Source: the human T2T-CHM13v2.0 reference genome, Homo sapiens. Taken from it: a stretch of DNA of 64,000 nucleotides. Location: the NCBI RefSeq assembly GCF_009914755.1, contig NC_060948.1, one strand, 5' to 3'. Numbering within the stretch: position 1 is the stretch's first letter; each line of letters opens with the position of its first letter. The position numbers and the translations under genes are program-made. Shown here in pieces: positions 60,142-64,000 of this stretch. Below the pieces are notes generated by a model that saw nothing but the letters and a program-made list of their open reading frames with translations, did no database searches and was not told where the DNA came from.

Positions 60142-63100
60142 ATTACCTGATGACCCAAAAGTTACTACCCTTGAGTTCTTTTCTGGGCAAAGCAAAGAAC
60201 ACTCCCAGACTAAGCCCCAATTTGGGGCTCACCTGCATTGTATCAGTTTGGTGTCCAACATGGGACAAAGAAGAATATGACAGTGTGAAAGTTGGTGATG
60301 GCGTCATCAGTGAGGTGATGTCAAGAGAAGACAAATTTGTGAGAGTAAGGCAATCAGTGAGACTATGAGAAGAAAAACAGTGAGATGTGGTGAAGCAATT
60401 GGTGATTGAGTCTCCAAAAGCTCTCTGTTAACACTTAAAACCTGTAACAAAAACCAAAGGCTCTTTGTAGAACAATCATTTTCCCTGGCAGGCAGCAGAG
60501 CCAAGTGGACAGGCATAGTGCTGCTGTCTCTGGTGAGACAGGAACAATGCTGCTACCTCATGTGGGACCCACTGCTCTAACTGGCAGGCTTCTGGGTTAC
60601 CAGTCCTCATACTGGCCCCTCCTTCAGTGGCACCTGTTCCCACTCAGTTTTTTATTTAGAAAATTCCCAAACTTCATTATTGGTGGCCTATAATGAAGCT
60701 GAGGGATCCTGGAGAGACCTTAACCCAGGTTCCACATAGATCAGTCAGTACCATCTTGGCTTCTGTGGATGGATAAGTATTCTTTCTGCATGCCACCCCC
60801 TCTATAGTATCGACATAACTACAGAATAAAAGCCTTTGGTTAAGTGGTCAGTTAGAAGTTCCTCATCATTAGAGTGCCCCGGAGTATACCTCTGTCACCT
60901 CTTCCCCATAATCCTTTCTTCTCTGACTCCATTTTATTGTTTCCTTAGACATTTTATTTTCAGTTCTAAAATGGATATTTTCTTTGCAATGTTATATTTG
61001 CTTTTGACATTCTGTTAACTGTTTGTGCAAGTGTCCAAGGCAAGACACTTGGTTGTATGAGGTCCCCTATTGTTTTGACTCTGGGATGCCAGAGTCATGT
61101 TGTTCAGTGACCCCAACTTGGTCTTGGGTTCACTGTTTGCTACCCCACTGGTGCCCCAGAGTTCTTGGCATTTGGGGACACACCTTGGCAGAAATTCAGG
61201 CTCTGTGTTTTCAGTTTTGATATTGGTTGCCCTCTCACATGCCCTGGGATTTTCAGCATTGACATTCCATGTAGGATTGTGAGTTTTGTAGACATTGTTT
61301 GGGGGAATATTGATCTCATCTTTTTCTTTCTGAAGTTAGAAGTTATTTTTATAAAAGCCAGTTGCAGGCCCCTTTTTGTTTGCTTACTGCTGTCTTTCTC
61401 AAACCCCTCGTGGTCAAAGGCATTGGGAGTTTCCAGTTCCCTTGCCTGATGTATGGTTACCTACAGTGGTATACAAGTGGCCATCTGAATATTTTTATGG
61501 TATCTCTGCTATAGGGTAGATTCACTGGCAAGTATGTAGATTTGCTGGCAAGTATGGGCCTTTGAGATCTTCCCCTGGGCAACACTGTTTACTCTTGTCT
61601 TCCTCCCTTCTTCAGTCACATTTGTTTAGCCATGCTCTCTGCCCAACCCTTGCTCTCTGTGGAATTTAGGTTCAACATCCAATTGCCCATTAGTAGCTCA
61701 TAGTCCACTTTCATGATGCCTTGCTGTGTATATTTTGTGGAAAGTGGGAATTTAAAAGGAAAAAGTAATGAAATATTTGCTAAAGAGAAGCTAACTAAAA
61801 CCCCCTGTAGATCTTTACAGGTGATCTGTAAGAGATTCTTACTAGACATAGGACCGACAGCAACCATCCTGAAGAACTTGGCACTAGAGTGTTCTTTAGA
61901 CAAATGGAGTAAATGCAAATTATTAGATAAGTTGAAAACGAAAAATCCCATTTACTATTTCAATAACGTTTGGGTTCAGTACAAAATTGCAATCCAACAG
62001 ATTTGGCCTAGGCATGGTTCTTTATATTATAATGATATTGTACAATCATATTTGCTTTGTAGAAAGGAGATAAGATGGGAAGAACTTTATTATGTGCAGG
62101 CTTTTTGGCCCTCTATCGGGATCTTAACCTAAGGGCTCGCTGTAGAATGTGTCTGGCTTGTGATACTCTCAGACATCCAGAAGCTGCATTAGATATGCTA
62201 CAGGACCTCCTAGTAGCTGCTCCCCTGGTATGTGTATGATCTTCCCTTCAGAGTCTCCTCAGTGCCCTAGTTCTGAGGGAGCACACTAGTTATTAAGTGC
62301 AGAATTTCACCACAAGGTCATAAGTCACTCCTTCACCTTATCCAACAAGCCCTGGCCTATATCCTCCACTGTCTAATGAAGTAAGCCCAACCAGTACTGC
62401 CAGGATTGAGGTCCCACATTAGTCCCCAAAATCAAACTTGTGTCTATTGTGGGAAGTAACTGATGGAGATAGATGAACAATAGAAGTATATGTGCTTTTT
62501 TTCATGTCTGATCTGGCTGTATGCAAGGAATAAATTGCTCAGTTTTCAGAGGATTTAGGGAATTTTGTAGAGGAGTTTGTGAAGTTGACAATATCCTCTA
62601 TTTAATTGGCTTGGCATGCAAATATTATTATCCACTGGTACTGTAGATGAATAACAAAGAATTCCAGGTACTACTTATAAACATACATACAGAATGGCTG
62701 TGTGTATCCCAGGCCATGCCATTTATCATGTAGCAGGAGAGGCAGTTCCAGATCTAGACCTAAGTGGGATTACCAGTAAAGATTTCAAGATCTCAAATGC
62801 AGAAATCACATACTAACTTGTTTAGTTATAAGACAATGTGTGCGATTAATTCAGTTAATTATGATAAAGTAAGAAAAATAACTCAGGAAAAAGAGGAAAA
62901 TCCCAGTCTAATTCAGGGCTTTTTGGTTGAGGCAGTCAGGAAATATACCAATATAGACCCTGACTCCCTGGAAGTGTGAGCTCTTCTGGGGGTGCATTTT
63001 ATTACTCAGTCTGCCCCCTGACATTTGGATAAAGCAAGAAGTAGCAATTTGACCCTAACACCCCTGAGACACTCCTAGGCATTGCCTTTGGGTTTGCAAA

Positions 63101-63930
63101 AATAGGGATAGGGCAGAGGAAGAGGCAAAAATCAAAAGAACTGTCTAGACAGCACAACTGTTACTGGCAACTTTAGGCCCACTCCTGCCTCAGAGTTACC
63201 CTCCTCAAAGAAATGTGTGACATTGGCATCTAGGGTGCTCAGATGAGAGTCCCTCACTTACCAGCCTCTAGGTCAAAAACAGCACTTGTCTTCTGTTTGC
63301 AAGAAGGTCACTGGAAGGATTGCACCAGGATAAAAAGGGAGTTTGAGACATTCAGACTCATAATGGCCAAAAAAGTAGAGAACCTATAAGGCCTAACATT
63401 CTCTATATCTCCCACTGGACAACTTACCATCTCCACAGAGGAGCCTCAAGTAACCCTTGATATAGCAGACAAAAATATTGAGTTCTTATTGGACACAGGA
63501 GATGCCTACTCAGTTTTAACCCATTTCCCAGGGCTACTGTTTTCCCACTCCTGTACAGTAACAGGAACTGATGGCCAGCCAAGAATGAAGAGATTCACCC
63601 ACCCACTTTGTTGCTTTGTAAAGGACCATATATTTTGCCATAGGTTTTTAATATTATACCTGAGTGTTTTATCCTATTATGAGAGACCTGTTTTCCAAGT
63701 TACACATCACAGCTCACTTTAAAGTGCTCTGTGAGAGGGCAACAGGCCAGAAGGAACAGTTCTCCTAGCTTCAAATACTTGCCTTTACACAGATATGGAG
63801 AAGAACTGCCTTCCATGACATATTGCTTCTCTAGTAGACCCCTCTGTTTGAGACATGGAAGTTTCTAGTACAACTGTTAATGTACCCCCAGTCCAGACTG
63901 TCCTAAAACCCAGTGTTAATTACCCGTGGG

Positions 63931-63961
<31 letters not shown>

Positions 63962-64000
63962 CAGTATCCTTTGAATCCTGAGGCTCAGAGGGACATCCAG
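60142..64000 (+). mobile_element. Decayed class I endogenous retrovirus (ERV1, HUERS/MER4-group-like): LTR 3' end, PBS, leader, gag, protease; runs off the window
   Basis: LTR end ..GGGGCTCACCTGCATTGTATCA at 60245. Gag MA-like YFNNVWVQY..WPRHGSLYYN..YVQAF (~61950-62105). CA-like VNYDKVRKITQEKEENP (~62853). Zn-knuckle remnant GHWKDC (~63305). Protease FLLDTGDAYSVL (~63483). Confidence 0.9.
60249..60266 (+). other. ERV primer-binding site, tRNA-Lys type
   Basis: TGGTGTCCAACATGGGAC matches the Lys PBS TGGCGCCCAACGTGGGGC at 14/18, 3 nt after the LTR end. Confidence 0.7.

Noticed and set aside
61713-63722. ERV gag/protease as a co-opted coding gene
   Set aside because: Only short, frameshifted fragments remain.

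Overview
This is human male-specific Y-chromosome DNA (X-degenerate region). Its main feature is TXLNGY (CYorf15A/CYorf15B), the decaying Y copy of taxilin-gamma. All ten ancestral exons can be placed on the + strand with canonical GT-AG junctions between about 13.9 and 52.4 kb. I can see only two coding lesions: a dead start in exon 1 and a 9-nt, stop-containing insertion in exon 4. A CpG-island promoter with bidirectional-type motifs lies at about 13.5-14.5 kb. Intron 1 holds a full-length antisense L1PA and an AluY that carries a 307-bp inverted copy of nearby DNA. Intron 7 holds an intronless ADAM (cyritestin/ADAM3-like) retrocopy fragment. Downstream on the - strand is a relic of the RBBP7 terminal exon, with acceptor, C-terminal codons, 3'UTR and AATAAA, in the same tail-to-tail arrangement as TXLNG/RBBP7 on X. 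Next come an isolated L1 5'UTR fused to the end of an ERV1 LTR and a decayed gag-pro region. Both L1 5'UTRs point their antisense promoter and ORF0 splice donors at an orphaned phase-0 acceptor. The rest is Alu, L1, MaLR, ERV1 and DNA-transposon debris plus microsatellites. Homologue comparisons (TXLNG, RBBP7, ADAM3, repeat consensuses, Y-SNP amplicons) are from memory, not from a search. Repeat boundaries are approximate.
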